A stretch of DNA of 63,978 nt, counting the filler, from Octopus bimaculoides (lineage: Eukaryota), in assembly GCF_001194135.2 (NCBI RefSeq). It is 7 parts of 5 records of this genome, joined end to end, with 100 filler letters (N's around TTAATTAATTAA, not from the genome) between each part and the next. Parts side by side here need not be neighbours in the genome. Positions count along the whole stretch, not along the records: positions 29,797 to 41,518 come from NC_068984.1; positions 41,619 to 57,655 come from NW_026429654.1; 5 more parts are not named here. The stretch is one strand, 5' to 3'. A model generated the notes under the pieces. That model saw nothing but the letters and a program-made list of their open reading frames with translations. It was not told where the DNA came from and did no database searches. Every line of letters starts with the position of its first letter. Position 1 is the first letter of the stretch. A program made the translations under genes and the position numbers. Below are positions 37,148 through 51,077 of this stretch, piece after piece.

Positions 37148-38062
37148 NNNNNNNNNNNNNNNNNNNNNNNNNNNNNNNNNNNNNNNNNNNNNNNNNNNNN
37201 NNNNNNNNNNNNNNNNNNNNNNNNNNNNNNNNNNNNNNNNNNNNNNNNNNNNNNNNNNNNNNNNNNNNNNNNNNNNNNNNNNNNNNNNNNNNNNNNNNNN
37301 NNNNNNNNNNNNNNNNNNNNNNNNNNNNNNNNNNNNNNNNNNNNNNNNNNNNNNNNNNNNNNNNNNNNNNNNNNNNNNNNNNNNNNNNNNNNNNNNNNNN
37401 NNNNNNNNNNNNNNNNNNNNNNNNNNNNNNNNNNNNNNNNNNNNNNNNNNNNNNNNNNNNNNNNNNNNNNNNNNNNNNNNNNNNNNNNNNNNNNNNNNNN
37501 NNNNNNNNNNNNNNNNNNNNNNNNNNNNNNNNNNNNNNNNNNNNNNNNNNNNNNNNNNNNNNNNNNNNNNNNNNNNNNNNNNNNNNNNNNNNNNNNNNNN
37601 NNNNNNNNNNNNNNNNNNNNNNNNNNNNNNNNNNNNNNNNNNNNNNNNNNNNNNNNNNNNNNNNNNNNNNNNNNNNNNNNNNNNNNNNNNNNNNNNNNNN
37701 NNNNNNNNNNNNNNNNNNNNNNNNNNNNNNNNNNNNNNNNNNNNNNNNNNNNNNNNNNNNNNNNNNNNNNNNNNNNNNNNNNNNNNNNNNNNNNNNNNNN
37801 NNNNNNNNNNNNNNNNNNNNNNNNNNNNNNNNNNNNNNNNNNNNNNNNNNNNNNNNNNNNNNNNNNNNNNNNNNNNNNNNNNNNNNNNNNNNNNNNNNNN
37901 NNNNNNNNNNNNNNNNNNNNNNNNNNNNNNNNNNNNNNNNNNNNNNNNNNNNNNNNNNNNNNNNNNNNNNNNNNNNNNNNNNNNNNNNNNNNNNNNNNNN
38001 NNNNNNNNNNNNNNNNNNNNNNNNNNNNNNNNNNNNNNNNNNNNATATATATATATATATAC

Positions 38063-38172
38063 ACGGGCTTCTTTCAGTCTCCATTAATCAAATCCACTCA
38101 GAAGGCTTTGGTCGGTCCGAGGCTATAGTAGAATACAGTTGACCAAGATGTCACTCAGTGGGACTGAACCCA
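38063..38172 (-). mobile_element. SINE family A, 5' part
   Basis: cgggcttctttcagtctcc..aaatccactc.aaggctttggtcgg.ccgaggctatagtaga. Confidence 0.8.
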
Positions 38173-38791
38173 CGCGTATATTTATATTTAGGCATACTTA
38201 TATATCTAGATACGAACACAAGCTTCGATTCACTGTACACACAATCCTGAACATATTCATACCACAAACTTGCTTATACACATATAAAAACACACACAGA
38301 CACATACATACATACATACACACACACATACACACACACATATATACATGTATTCATACACACAGTCAATGATTTGCTTGAATTTCCAGCAATTTGTCAA
38401 GCCATATCGTATAGCTTGCTTCCTCTTCCGCGTAAAGTGGAACGGCCTCTATAATAATCAATTAGGTTTAGCACAGCATGAGGGTCACCAAACAAATTAG
38501 ACTCAACACTACACAGTCTCATCACAAGCATGGACAAACGACCGCCAATAGATTTCTACTGATATGGACGCCTACGCAGTAATTAATGGCGGCTTTGCCA
38601 TCGTTATACTTTCGCAGTTATGATGGAGTTGTAACGTGCAATAAAACAAAACTGTCAAAACCATTTTGTCTACTGGAGATGGAACATATCTCTTTCTCTC
38701 TCTCTGTCTCTCTATCTCTCTCACTCTCTCTCTCTCACACACACTCTCTATCTCACGCTCTCTTAGTCTATCTTTGTATCTGTCTATTATG

Positions 38792-38837
<46 letters not shown>

Positions 38838-38841
38838 CAAA

Positions 38842-38967
38842 GGCGCAGGAGTAGCTGAGTTTAAAGAAGTTTGCTTCCCAACCACATGGTTCCGAGTTAA
38901 GTTCCGCTGTGTGGTACCTCGGGAAAATGTCTCCTACTATAACTTCGGGTCGACCAAAGCCTTGTGA
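38842..38967 (+). mobile_element. SINE family A, 5' part running into a gap
   Basis: ggcgcaggagtagctgag...aaccacatggttccgag...cgaccaaagccttgtga. Confidence 0.85.
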
Positions 38968-39399
38968 NNNNNNNNNNNNNNNNNNNNNNNNNNNNNNNNN
39001 NNNNNNNNNNNNNNNNNNNNNNNNNNNNNNNNNNNNNNNNNNNNNNNNNNNNNNNNNNNNNNNNNNNNNNNNNNNNNNNNNNNNNNNNNNNNNNNNNNNN
39101 NNNNNNNNNNNNNNNNNNNNNNNNNNNNNNNNNNNNNNNNNNNNNNNNATATATATATATATATATAGTTCCAATTTACAGAAAAACAAAAGACGAAGAC
39201 AGGTGTAGGAACCACAAGCAGTTGTATTACTTTAATGCTGGGGAAAATGGAAAAGTCTTTTACGTTTCACGCTTATTTTACACCTAGTACACCATTTCTT
39301 TTTCAATTTTTGTGACGGTAGTGAGTGGCGTGCGAACTCGGATAATTCAGACGATTCAGTAACCCCCACTTCGACACCCGGTCAGAAAATTGAAAAAGA

Positions 39400-39690
39400 A
39401 AAATAGTCTAATATGTGTGAAAGAACATGTAGTAAACCGATATGAAGAAATAGATGCGCGCTCGCGAACCGGGGGGCGGGGGAGAGGACTCGGAAAATTC
39501 CCACGATCAATCTCACAGGATCCGAAAAATCAACGTTAACATCCGGTCACAAAAATGAGAAAAAAAATAGTGTAATAGGTATAAAACTGTGTGAATTTTC
39601 CGATTTCTCTCCCCCGTCCCCCGTTCGCCAGCGCGCATTTTTTTTTCATATTTGTTTATTACATATTGTTTTACACCTATTGCACTATTT
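39400..39690. mobile_element. Palindromic MITE-like element with about 100-bp imperfect inverted arms
   Basis: atgcgcgctcgcgaaccggggggcggggggagaggactcggaaaattc versus rc atgcgcgctggcgaacgggggacgggggagagaaatcggaaaattc; similarity continues outward. Confidence 0.75.
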
Positions 39691-39861
39691 TATTTCTTGC
39701 TCGGGTCAAACACTGGAGTTTGACCTACAATTCTAGATAGGGTTCTTAGCCCTACGTAAACTCAATTTTATCCCTGGGATAAGGTAGTCGATATAAGTCT
39801 GGCCTGTATACTTTTACCTGTCCAACATACGATGGCCTACCAGAAACTCATGAACCGTGAT

Positions 39862-40086
39862 CTGGCAGAAACGTTAGCACGCCGGGAAAAATGCTTAGCG
39901 GTATTTCGTCTGCCGTTACGTTCTGAGTTCAAATTCCGCCGAGGTCGACTTTGTCTTTCATCCTCTCGGGGTCGATTAATTAAGTACCAGTTACGCACTG
40001 CCGTCGATATAATCGACTTAATCCGTTTGTCTGTCCTTCTTTGCCGCCTTTGTGTTATAGTCCCTTGTGGGCAATAAAGAAATAAG
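39862..40086 (+). mobile_element. SINE family B (alternative tail)
   Basis: tggcagaaacgttagcacgccggg...ctgagttcaaattccgccgaggtcgac...tcccttgtgggcaataaagaaata. Confidence 0.9.
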
Positions 40087-40120
40087 CAACTCAGGTACCG
40101 CTGGCATAGATCTCATGGTT

Positions 40121-40355
40121 TATTTTTATGTCTTTATTGCCCACAAGGGGCTTAACATAGAGGGGACAAATAAGGACAGATAAAGGGATTAAGTCGATTA
40201 CATCGATCCCAGTGCGTAACTGGTACTTAATTTATCGACCCGAGAGGATGAAATGCAAAGTCGACCTCGGTGAAATTTGAACTCAGAACGTAACGGCAGA
40301 CGAAATACCACTAGGCATTTCGCCCGGCGTGCTAACGATTCTGCCAGCTCACCGC
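40121..40355 (-). mobile_element. SINE family B (alternative tail), inverted relative to the previous copy
   Basis: tctttattgcccacaagggg...gaactcagaacg...gctaacgattctgccagctcaccgc. Confidence 0.9.
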
Positions 40356-41485
40356 TCATGTTTTATTGAGCACCACATAGCAACAACAGCAGGACCTGCT
40401 CTTCGATGTATAAGAATCGTTTAAAAAGTTAACTAGGAACAATTATGCGGTTGGTGGATACAACAGCAGCAGTTGACTAATATTATATCAATTATTTCGG
40501 GAAGTACGGGAGACAAGTTTGACATGTTTCAGGACTTCTATAATATAAGCTTAACTGATTGACATGAAAATAACATAATTATTTTGATAAGTATACGTAA
40601 CATTAACTTGATTATTTTTTTCCTGCGGATCTCATCAGTTAGCAATATATCTCTGTAAAATAGTTATGTACTGTGCCACCAATGAATAATTACAGTATGC
40701 ATAAATGTACAACATACGTCTTCTGAGTACAATGAAATTTATACTTCGCTGATGAGTTCATAATAAGAGTAAAACATGTCAAGTGTTAGCTTTCCAGCTT
40801 GTCGAATTCACTCAATTAATATTTATCAATAATTGAAATAATATTTATTCTTTAGCACAAAATTATTTGTAGCAAGCTTGTCTATACAGTCTTCTTTAAA
40901 TATTAACACCAACTTAAATATCATTTTTTCCTGCTCAAACAGATGGTGTCCCTGAGGTATTCGTTATCTACAAAAAATAAAATAGACAAATTGAGGTGTG
41001 TATACAGATTTAGTTAATACATTTCCGCACAAGTTTCTAATTATGCTTTTACTACTTTTATTATCATTTGTTAAATATGTAAACGTTTCTTTAGAGGAAA
41101 TAGTCTTCATTACATTGCGAAGCCGTTTCATCATAGCCAATATTATGTAAAATGTTTGTCTCAAACCACTAAAATCAAATTGTGATTCAGCTGTGATTTT
41201 AGCAACGTGGGATACAAACCACCCGACTGGAATTACAAGAAATAATTATTCTTTACTTAACAGAAGATGCATTCATTTAGAATTGCTCAATTCCAGACTG
41301 CACACGGATATTAAAGTTTACGGACACGAATGCACACACGCACGCACACTCACTTATACATAGATGAATGTACATATATATGTGTGTGTGTGTGTGTGTG
41401 TATGATGTGATGATGTGAGTGTGTGCGTATGTGTGTATGTGTCAGTGTAGTTGTGTGTGCGTATATATGTATATATGTATGTATG

Positions 41486-41518
<33 letters not shown>

Positions 41519-41618
41519 NNNNNNNNNNNNNNNNNNNNNNNNNNNNNNNNNNNNNNNNNNNNTTAATTAATTAANNNNNNNNNNNNNNNNNNNNNNNNNN
41601 NNNNNNNNNNNNNNNNNN
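41519..41618. other. Artificial scaffold join
   Basis: 44 N + TTAATTAATTAA + 44 N. Confidence 0.95.
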
Positions 41619-41772
41619 TGTATGTATGTATGTATGTATGTATGTATACATATATATTTATATATATACGCGTATATATGTGCACATACATATATGCATA
41701 TGTATATATTTATACAAAAACTAACACACACACATATGCATATATGTATATATATTTATAGACACACATATA

Positions 41773-41834
<62 letters not shown>

Positions 41835-42278
41835 CACACGCATATTGTTCAGGGGTTGTTAAGGTGAGCGTATAAATAAGTGCAAGTGTGTAAGTAAGCG
41901 TTTATTACATGTGAACGTGTGATGCATACGGAGCCGTTTACGTTGTGACGTTGTGGTAAGCAACGAAAGATAGAAACGAAAGACAAAAACTAAAGGTAAA
42001 AATTAAAACAACGATTACAAGAAAAAAATATATGTAAAGGGATCGTATCTAACAGTCAGTCGCCTGCATGCTTTGCGTGGTGTATTAGACACACAAACAG
42101 TATACAAGACACGCGTACACACACATATGCATATACACAAACACACATACATATACATACATACATACATACATGCATACATACACACACATATTCAAAG
42201 ACACGAATAAAGTTATCGGTACACGGACGCCCTTTTACAACAAATATGAATATATATATATATATATATAAAAGATAA

Positions 42279-42403
42279 TAAGAGTGAAAAAACTACAGAA
42301 GGCTTGTGTTACTTGGTTAAAGTATATATTTAAATTATGTCAGAAAAATGTTAGAAAAATGTTAGAAAAATGTTAGAAAATCTTTTTGGTATATAAACAT
42401 TGT
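42279..42403 (+). repeat. Solo copy of the 74-bp arm of the 19896-20470 cassette, with AGAAAAATGTT triplicated
   Basis: taagagtgaaaaaactacagaaggcttgtgttacttggttaaagtatatatttaaattatgtcagaaaaatgtt...tttggtatataaacattgta. Confidence 0.85.
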
Positions 42404-42496
42404 ATATATATATATATAAAACAAATAATAAATGAGTATATGCATATATAAGTACAGGTATGTGCATACCTACGTCTACCTGTATATATATAGGTG

Positions 42497-42632
42497 CATA
42501 TCTGGGTACAGGACATTGCAAACAAAACGTAGACAAAAAAATAATAATAACCAGAGTACAGAACACACACAGGCCACATAGAGAACATTTTCCTTCATCA
42601 GCTACCCCCATTCTAACACAGGCGTTTCGAAA
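42497..42632. mobile_element. Family E element
   Basis: catatctgggtacaggac ... ccttcatcag ... gcgtttcgaa, flanked by TA/CA repeats. Confidence 0.6.
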
Positions 42633-42641
42633 TATATACAT

Positions 42642-42676
<35 letters not shown>

Positions 42677-42746
42677 AATATGCGCTTGTGTGTACATACA
42701 AGATACATGTGTTTTTGTATAGTACGTACGTATTTGCAAATGTATA

Positions 42747-43175
42747 GGCGCAGGTGTGGCTGTGTGGTAAATAGCTTGCTTACCAACCATATGGTTCCGG
42801 GTTCAGTCCCACTGCGTGGCAACTTGGGAATGTGACTTCTACTATATCCTCGGGCCGACCAAAGCCTTGTGAGTGGATATGGTAAAAGGAAACTGAAAGA
42901 AGCCGCATGTGTGTGTGTGTGTGTGTGTGCGTGTGTGTGTGTGTGTGTGTCTGTGTGTGTCTGTCTGTCACTCAACCATCGCTTCATAACCGACGTTGGT
43001 GTGTTTCTATCTCCGTAACATAGCGGTTCGGCAAAGAGAAATGGATACAATAAGTAATAGGCTTACAAACATTAAATACTGGCGGTCAATTTGTTCGACT
43101 AAAGGCGGTGGTCCAACATGGCCTTTGTCAAATGACTGAAACAAGTAAAAGAATTAAAGAATAAAAGAATAGAAG
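42747..43175 (+). mobile_element. SINE family A, full length
   Basis: ggcgcaggtgtggctgtgtggtaaatagc...gggttcagtccc ... aatgactgaaacaagtaaaagaa with (A/G)AATAAA-like tail repeats. Confidence 0.9.
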
Positions 43176-44294
43176 AATATATTTATAACATTAATAAATA
43201 AACACATATACAAACGTACCTACATACATGCATATATATATATATATATAAATAAATAATAAATATATATATATATATATATATATANNNNNNNNNNNNN
43301 NNNNNNNNNNNNNNNNNNNNNNNNNNNNNNNNNNNNNNNNNNNNNNNNNNNNNNNNNNNNNNNNNNNNNNNNNNNNNNNNNNNNNNNNNNNNNNNNNNNN
43401 NNNNNNNNNNNNNNNNNNNNNNNNNNNNNNNNNNNNNNNNNNNNNNNNNNNNNNNNNNNNNNNNNNNNNNNNNNNNNNNNNNNNNNNNNNNNNNNNNNNN
43501 NNNNNNNNNNNNNNNNNNNNNNNNNNNNNNNNNNNNNNNNNNNNNNNNNNNNNNNNNNNNNNNNNNNNNNNNNNNNNNNNNNNNNNNNNNNNNNNNNNNN
43601 NNNNNNNNNNNNNNNNNNNNNNNNNNNNNNNNNNNNNNNNNNNNNNNNNNNNNNNNNNNNNNNNNNNNNNNNNNNNNNNNNNNNNNNNNNNNNNNNNNNN
43701 NNNNNNNNNNNNNNNNNNNNNNNNNNNNNNNNNNNNNNNNNNNNNNNNNNNNNNNNNNNNNNNNNNNNNNNNNNNNNNNNNNNNNNNNNNNNNNNNNNNN
43801 NNNNNNNNNNNNNNNNNNNNNNNNNNNNNNNNNNNNNNNNNNNNNNNNNNNNNNNNNNNNNNNNNNNNNNNNNNNNNNNNNNNNNNNNNNNNNNNNNNNN
43901 NNNNNNNNNNNNNNNNNNNNNNNNNNNNNNNNNNNNNNNNNNNNNNNNNNNNNNNNNNNNNNNNNNNNNNNNNNNNNNNNNNNNNNNNNNNNNNNNNNNN
44001 NNNNNNNNNNNNNNNNNNNNNNNNNNNNNNNNNNNNNNNNNNNNNNNNNNNNNNNNNNNNNNNNNNNNNNNNNNNNNNNNNNNNNNNNNNNNNNNNNNNN
44101 NNNNNNNNNNNNNNNNNNNNNNNNNNNNNNNNNNNNNNNNNNNNNNNNNNNNNNNNNNNNNNNNNNNNNNNNNNNNNNNNNNNNNNNNNNNNNNNNNNNN
44201 NNNNNNNNNNNNNNNNNNNNNNNNNNNNNNNNNNNNNNNNNNNNNNNNNNNNNNNNNNNNNNNNNNNNATATATATATATACATTTATGTATGC

Positions 44295-44368
<74 letters not shown>

Positions 44369-45202
44369 GGAGAGATAGATAGATAGATAGACAGACAGAT
44401 TCATCTAGATATTAATTTATTGACTTATATGTATTTGTACATACAAAAGCCCGATCTCATGCGATGAGTCACACACAAACACAAACAATTATATACCTAT
44501 ATACATATATATATATATATACAAATACATGTACGATCACACACACATACACACGCACACGCAATCGGTTTAGTAATGGTTAAATGAGAAAGCAGGTTAT
44601 GCTTTAATTAACTTCTTCAAGTAATGAATTTAAATTAATTATAAATACACAAAGGAGATAGCGTATTCCTTTATCAATTTTAATATCAATTCAAGCACCA
44701 AATAACGTAAACGAAGGCGTCTTCGTATGTAGCAATGAATATATATATATATATATATATATACATAATTACGAATACACGCACATATACACACACACAT
44801 ACACAGATATATTTATATGTATATATAGAGATATAAATACATGCTTACCTACAATTGCTTAAACTTATATTCATGCTTGATAAACCACATACACTCAAAA
44901 AACATGTATCTCCGAAAGAACGGATATACAAACATACATAATTATGTGCATGCATAATTATATAGAAATATAGATACATATATCAGTAGGTAGATAAATA
45001 GATAGATGATAGATAGATACATACATACATACATACAAAAATAAGAAGAATGACCAGCAAAAGTGGCCTCCTATATGCTAGAAATAGATACATTTTTGTA
45101 TGTTATATAATTTTAATCTTCGGATTTTTTTAATATGCTAGACCACTAGTTTTAATTGATTAATGTCAATTTCTACCCATATTAATAAATTTTAAATTTT
45201 AG

Positions 45203-45267
<65 letters not shown>

Positions 45268-45522
45268 CAGATATCTTTCTTTATTGGCCACCCAGGGCTG
45301 AACACAACAGGGACAAATACAAATGTATAGCTAGATATATATATATATATACATACAAACATAGTGTATATATGCACTTTTCGTTTTATATCAGGTACAT
45401 AAATGTATATATGCATAAATCAAAAATGTTATTGCTTGTGTGTGTGTGTGTTTGTGTGTATGTATGTGTGCGTATATGTCAATATGTGTCTACATGCTTA
45501 TCTTATTAATTGTGGATTAAAT

Positions 45523-45567
<45 letters not shown>

Positions 45568-45579
45568 TGATCTCTCACT

Positions 45580-45772
45580 CCTTTTTACTCGTTTCAGTCA
45601 TTTGACTGCGGCCATGCTGGTGCACCGCCTTTAGTCGAGCTAATCAACCCCAAGACTTATTATTTGTAAGCCTAGTACTTATTTTATTGAGATTTTTGCC
45701 GAACCGCTATGTTACGGAAATGTAAACATACCAACATCCATTGTCAAGTGATAGTGGTGGGGACAAACACAG
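45580..45772 (-). mobile_element. SINE family A, 3' half
   Basis: gtttcagtcatttgactgcggccatgctggtgcaccgcctttagtcgag. Confidence 0.87.
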
Positions 45773-45795
45773 ACACACAAATATATATGTGTATA

Positions 45796-45850
<55 letters not shown>

Positions 45851-46504
45851 NNNNNNNNNNNNNNNNNNNNNNNNNNNNNNNNNNNNNNNNNNNNNNNNNN
45901 NNNNNNNNNNNNNNNNNNNNNNNNNNNNNNNNNNNNNNNNNNNNNNNNNNNNNNNNNNNNNNNNNNNNNNNNNNNNNNNNNNNNNNNNNNNNNNNNNNNN
46001 NNNNNNNNNNNNNNNNNNNNNNNNNNNNNNNNNNNNNNNNNNNNNNNNNNNNNNNNNNNNNNNNNNNNNNNNNNNNNNNNNNNNNNNNNNNNNNNNNNNN
46101 NNNNNNNNNNNNNNNNNNNNNNNNNNNNNNNNNNNNNNNNNNNNNNNNNNNNNNNNNNNNNNNNNNNNNNNNNNNNNNNNNNNNNNNNNNNNNNNNNNNN
46201 NNNNNNNNNNNNNNNNNNNNNNNNNNNNNNNNNNNNNNNNNNNNNNNNNNNNNNNNNNNNNNNNNNNNNNNNNNNNNNNNNNNNNNNNNNNNNNNNNNNN
46301 NNNNNNNNNNNNNNNNNNNNNNNNNNNNNNNNNNNNNNNNNNNNNNNNNNNNNNNNNNNNNNNNNNNNNNNNNNNNNNNNNNNNNNNNNNNNNNNNNNNN
46401 NNNNNNNNNNNNATATATAATATAATATAAATAATATATGAATATATGCATATATACATGCATATATGTACATGCCAACATCTATATGTATATATACATG
46501 CATA

Positions 46505-46576
46505 TATGGGTACAGGACATAAAAAAAAACGTTAAACACAATGAGAAACGAAAACATAAAAACGAAAACATAGAAA
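46505..46576. mobile_element. Family E, truncated terminus
   Basis: tatgggtacaggacataaaaaaaaacgttaaacacaatgagaaacg matches 19071-19140. Confidence 0.6.
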
Positions 46577-46990
46577 TATATATATATACACATATATATA
46601 TATGTATGTGTGTGTATGTATATATACGCACGGCACACACACATAACGACTTTCTTAAAATGTTGGCCTTTCCATTCGGTTCTTTTCGGCTCCTTAATTG
46701 CATGCCTATATATATGAGTGTGTATGCACGTACGAATGTATGATGTAGGTGTAGATATATATGTATATGTATATGCGTGTGAGTATGATGTAGGTGTAGA
46801 TATATATGTATATGTATATGCCTGTATATATATAATATAGATTACATACAGATGCACAACGACGGTATTCGCGATTCTCGTTCGAACACTTTTAAACATG
46901 TAAACAAGGCTATTTACTATTTATATCACATTTTTTTCCTCAGTTGCAAACCCGCCGATTGTAAGACTGTAATCAGAACGTGCATGTGCG

Positions 46991-47092
<102 letters not shown>

Positions 47093-47196
47093 ATACACAT
47101 GTATATAATCTTTTATTAGTTTTTGCTTGAGAGCACTGGCCATGCTGGGGCACCGACGTTAGCTTTATTGTACCTTCATTACTGATATATATATAT

Positions 47197-47243
<47 letters not shown>

Positions 47244-48710
47244 ATATATATACATATATATATNNNNNNNNNNNNNNNNNNNNNNNNNNNNNNNNNNNNN
47301 NNNNNNNNNNNNNNNNNNNNNNNNNNNNNNNNNNNNNNNNNNNNNNNNNNNNNNNNNNNNNNNNNNNNNNNNNNNNNNNNNNNNNNNNNNNNNNNNNNNN
47401 NNNNNNNNNNNNNNNNNNNNNNNNNNNNNNNNNNNNNNNNNNNNNNNNNNNNNNNNNNNNNNNNNNNNNNNNNNNNNNNNNNNNNNNNNNNNNNNNNNNN
47501 NNNNNNNNNNNNNNNNNNNNNNNNNNNNNNNNNNNNNNNNNNNNNNNNNNNNNNNNNNNNNNNNNNNNNNNNNNNNNNNNNNNNNNNNNNNNNNNNNNNN
47601 NNNNNNNNNNNNNNNNNNNNNNNNNNNNNNNNNNNNNNNNNNNNNNNNNNNNNNNNNNNNNNNNNNNNNNNNNNNNNNNNNNNNNNNNNNNNNNNNNNNN
47701 NNNNNNNNNNNNNNNNNNNNNNNNNNNNNNNNNNNNNNNNNNNNNNNNNNNNNNNNNNNNNNNNNNNNNNNNNNNNNNNNNNNNNNNNNNNNNNNNNNNN
47801 NNNNNNNNNNNNNNNNNNNNNNNNNNNNNNNNNNNNNNNNNNNNNNNNNNNNNNNNNNNNNNNNNNNNNNNNNNNNNNNNNNNNNNNNNNNNNNNNNNNN
47901 NNNNNNNNNNNNNNNNNNNNNNNNNNNNNNNNNNNNNNNNNNNNNNNNNNNNNNNNNNNNNNNNNNNNNNNNNNNNNNNNNNNNNNNNNNNNNNNNNNNN
48001 NNNNNNNNNNNNNNNNNNNNNNNNNNNNNNNNNNNNNNNNNNNNNNNNNNNNNNNNNNNNNNNNNNNNNNNNNNNNNNNNNNNNNNNNNNNNNNNNNNNN
48101 NNNNNNNNNNNNNNNNNNNNNNNNNNNNNNNNNNNNNNNNNNNNNNNNNNNNNNNNNNNNNNNNNNNNNNNNNNNNNNNNNNNNNNNNNNNNNNNNNNNN
48201 NNNNNNNNNNNNNNNNNNNNNNNNNNNNNNNNNNNNNNNNNNNNNNNNNNNNNNNNNNTATACACACATTCATCTTTTAGACTAGTAAAACTCACTACCG
48301 ACAGCACGAGCGTTTCTCAGATTGACACAGACGAGTGTATAAATGGCCTTTACTCCAAAGTACACTTATTCACTGTGGATAAACACGTGTACTGAGTACT
48401 TAGAAGAGATATTATCTTAGCGCAGTACTTATTATATTTCATGTACAAGTATGCATGTATGCTTGTATATATTTATGCATGCGTGTATGACTTCATGTAT
48501 ATACGTATGTTGGGATACATTTTTTGCATGCATGACGATATGAATTATAAACTTATGTACTCATAAATGTATATAAACACACACACACACGCACACGCAC
48601 ACACTCACACACACACACACACACACACATACACACACACACACACACACACATATATAAATATACATGCAAACACATACATACAATCATATACATATAT
48701 AAATATACTT

Positions 48711-48812
48711 CGGCTCGAAACGTCAAAGACGTTTCCATTTTTCTGCAGCGTCAAACTAATACCTTTGCTTGCTGTCCCCTAACCTGGCTTTGTTTTTTTT
48801 CTTTACTTTTGC
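48711..48812 (+). mobile_element. Family F repeat starting at the 3' half of the hammerhead-like motif
   Basis: GGCTC GAAA CG TC AAAGAC...gcgtcaaactaatac, collinear with rc of 32800-32905. Confidence 0.6.
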
Positions 48813-49493
48813 NNNNNNNNNNNNNNNNNNNNNNNNNNNNNNNNNNNNNNNNNNNNNNNNNNNNNNNNNNNNNNNNNNNNNNNNNNNNNNNNNNNNNNNN
48901 NNNNNNNNNNNNNNNNNNNNNNNNNNNNNNNNNNNNNNNNNNNNNNNNNNNNNNNNNNNNNNNNNNNNNNNNNNNNNNNNNNNNNNNNNNNNNNNNNNNN
49001 NNNNNNNNNNNNNNNNNNNNNNNNNNNNNNNNNNNNNNNNNNNNNNNNNNNNNNNNNNNNNNNNNNNNNNNNNNNNNNNNNNNNNNNNNNNNNNNNNNNN
49101 NNNNNNNNNNNNNNNNNNNNNNNNNNNNNNNNNNNNNNNNNNNNNNNNNNNNNNNNNNNNNNNNNNNNNNNNNNNNNNNNNNNNNNNNNNNNNNNNNNNN
49201 NNNNNNNNNNNNNNNNNNNNNNNNNNNNNNNNNNNNNNNNNNNNNNNNNNNNNNNNNNNNNNNNNNNNNNNNNNNNNNNNNNNNNNNNNNNNNNNNNNNN
49301 NNNNNNNNNNNNNNNNNNNNNNNNNNNNNNNNNNNNNNNNNNNNNNNNNNNNNNNNNNNNNNNNNNNNNNNNNNNNNNNNNNNNNNNNNNNNNNNNNNNN
49401 NTATATATATATATACATATATATATTATACACTTGCAGAGTATTATAGATAGAAAGATAGATAGACTGACAGACAAACAGGTAGAGACAGAC

Positions 49494-49558
<65 letters not shown>

Positions 49559-49940
49559 TGTGTACGCAAAATTGTACATATAAATGCGTATATAAATAAA
49601 TATCTACGTCTGCGTTAGCGTGCGTGTTAGTGTGAGTGTGTGTGTGCGAGCGTTTGTATGTAGGCACACAGATAAACATTGTGTCTAGTATTGCCTGTAT
49701 TATATTTGTAAACCTGGAAATATCTAACTTCCTTAACTAGCAAGCTAATTAGTTTCTTTTCTGTACACCTAAGTCAAACTTACAACGTTAGATATACAAC
49801 ATTAGAGTTATTATTGTCGGAGAGACGGATCGATAATTTCACTTCTAAACAATCTCCCCCACACCCAACCCAAACACCGTCTGCCTCTGTATGTGTAGTG
49901 GGGGGGGGGGGGGNNNNNNNNNNNNNNNNNNNNNNNNNNN

Positions 49941-50005
<65 letters not shown>

Positions 50006-50318
50006 TTCGCTCGCTCTCTCGCTCTTTGTGTCTGTATCCCTCTTTCTCTCTGCCTGTATTAGCAGAGTCTATATAACGGCAAGAGTAACTTTAATTCATC
50101 GCAGTTCGATGATCGCTATACTAACCGAAACTTCGAAGTCACTATCAATAATACTGTTGATTAAGAATAATAAATTTGTACTCTACAGAAATATAGAGTA
50201 ACCCTTCAGATTAATGTAAAATTGTTTTTATTAAACTGTGTGTAAATACGAACATTAATGCATACATACATACATACATACGTACGTACGTACATACATA
50301 CATACATACATACATATA

Positions 50319-50373
<55 letters not shown>

Positions 50374-50378
50374 ATACT

Positions 50379-50474
<96 letters not shown>

Positions 50475-50751
50475 GTATGTTTCTTTTTATCCTCAGAATA
50501 AAAACAATTTTATATGCATGTATATATGTATGTATGTGTTTATAACCACATATGTAAATGTGTTTATATATAACTATTTATATGTATGTATGTATGTATT
50601 TTTGTATGTATGTATGTATGTATGTATGTATGTATGTGAACATGCATAATCGTATAAGCATTTACATTTCACAACAACATAACACCGCTCCTTTGCAATA
50701 TCGCACACTTTCGCTCCCATATTTATGTACATAGAAATGTATATTCGAAAC

Positions 50752-50798
<47 letters not shown>

Positions 50799-51077
50799 TG
50801 TATGTGCGTGCCTGCTTACGTATGTATGTATGTAATTATGTATGTATATGTATGTATGTATTTAGCTATACTGTCATCATCATCATTTAGCATCCATGTT
50901 CTGAAGAAGGAACTGTTTTCTAACAAAGACACACAGCTCTATCATTAGAATGTAGATAACAAAAAATAATGCTACATTTTAAACTTGAGAAAAGTCTTGC
51001 ACATTTTTACTGTTACACTTACAGATTGTATTTGTAATGTGTGAGTTAGTTGGTTGATTTCTTTTTTTATGAAAACC

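Noticed and set aside
48330-48370. IDTDECING resembling a calcium-binding EGF start
   Set aside because: The required following cysteines are absent and the splice phase does not fit.
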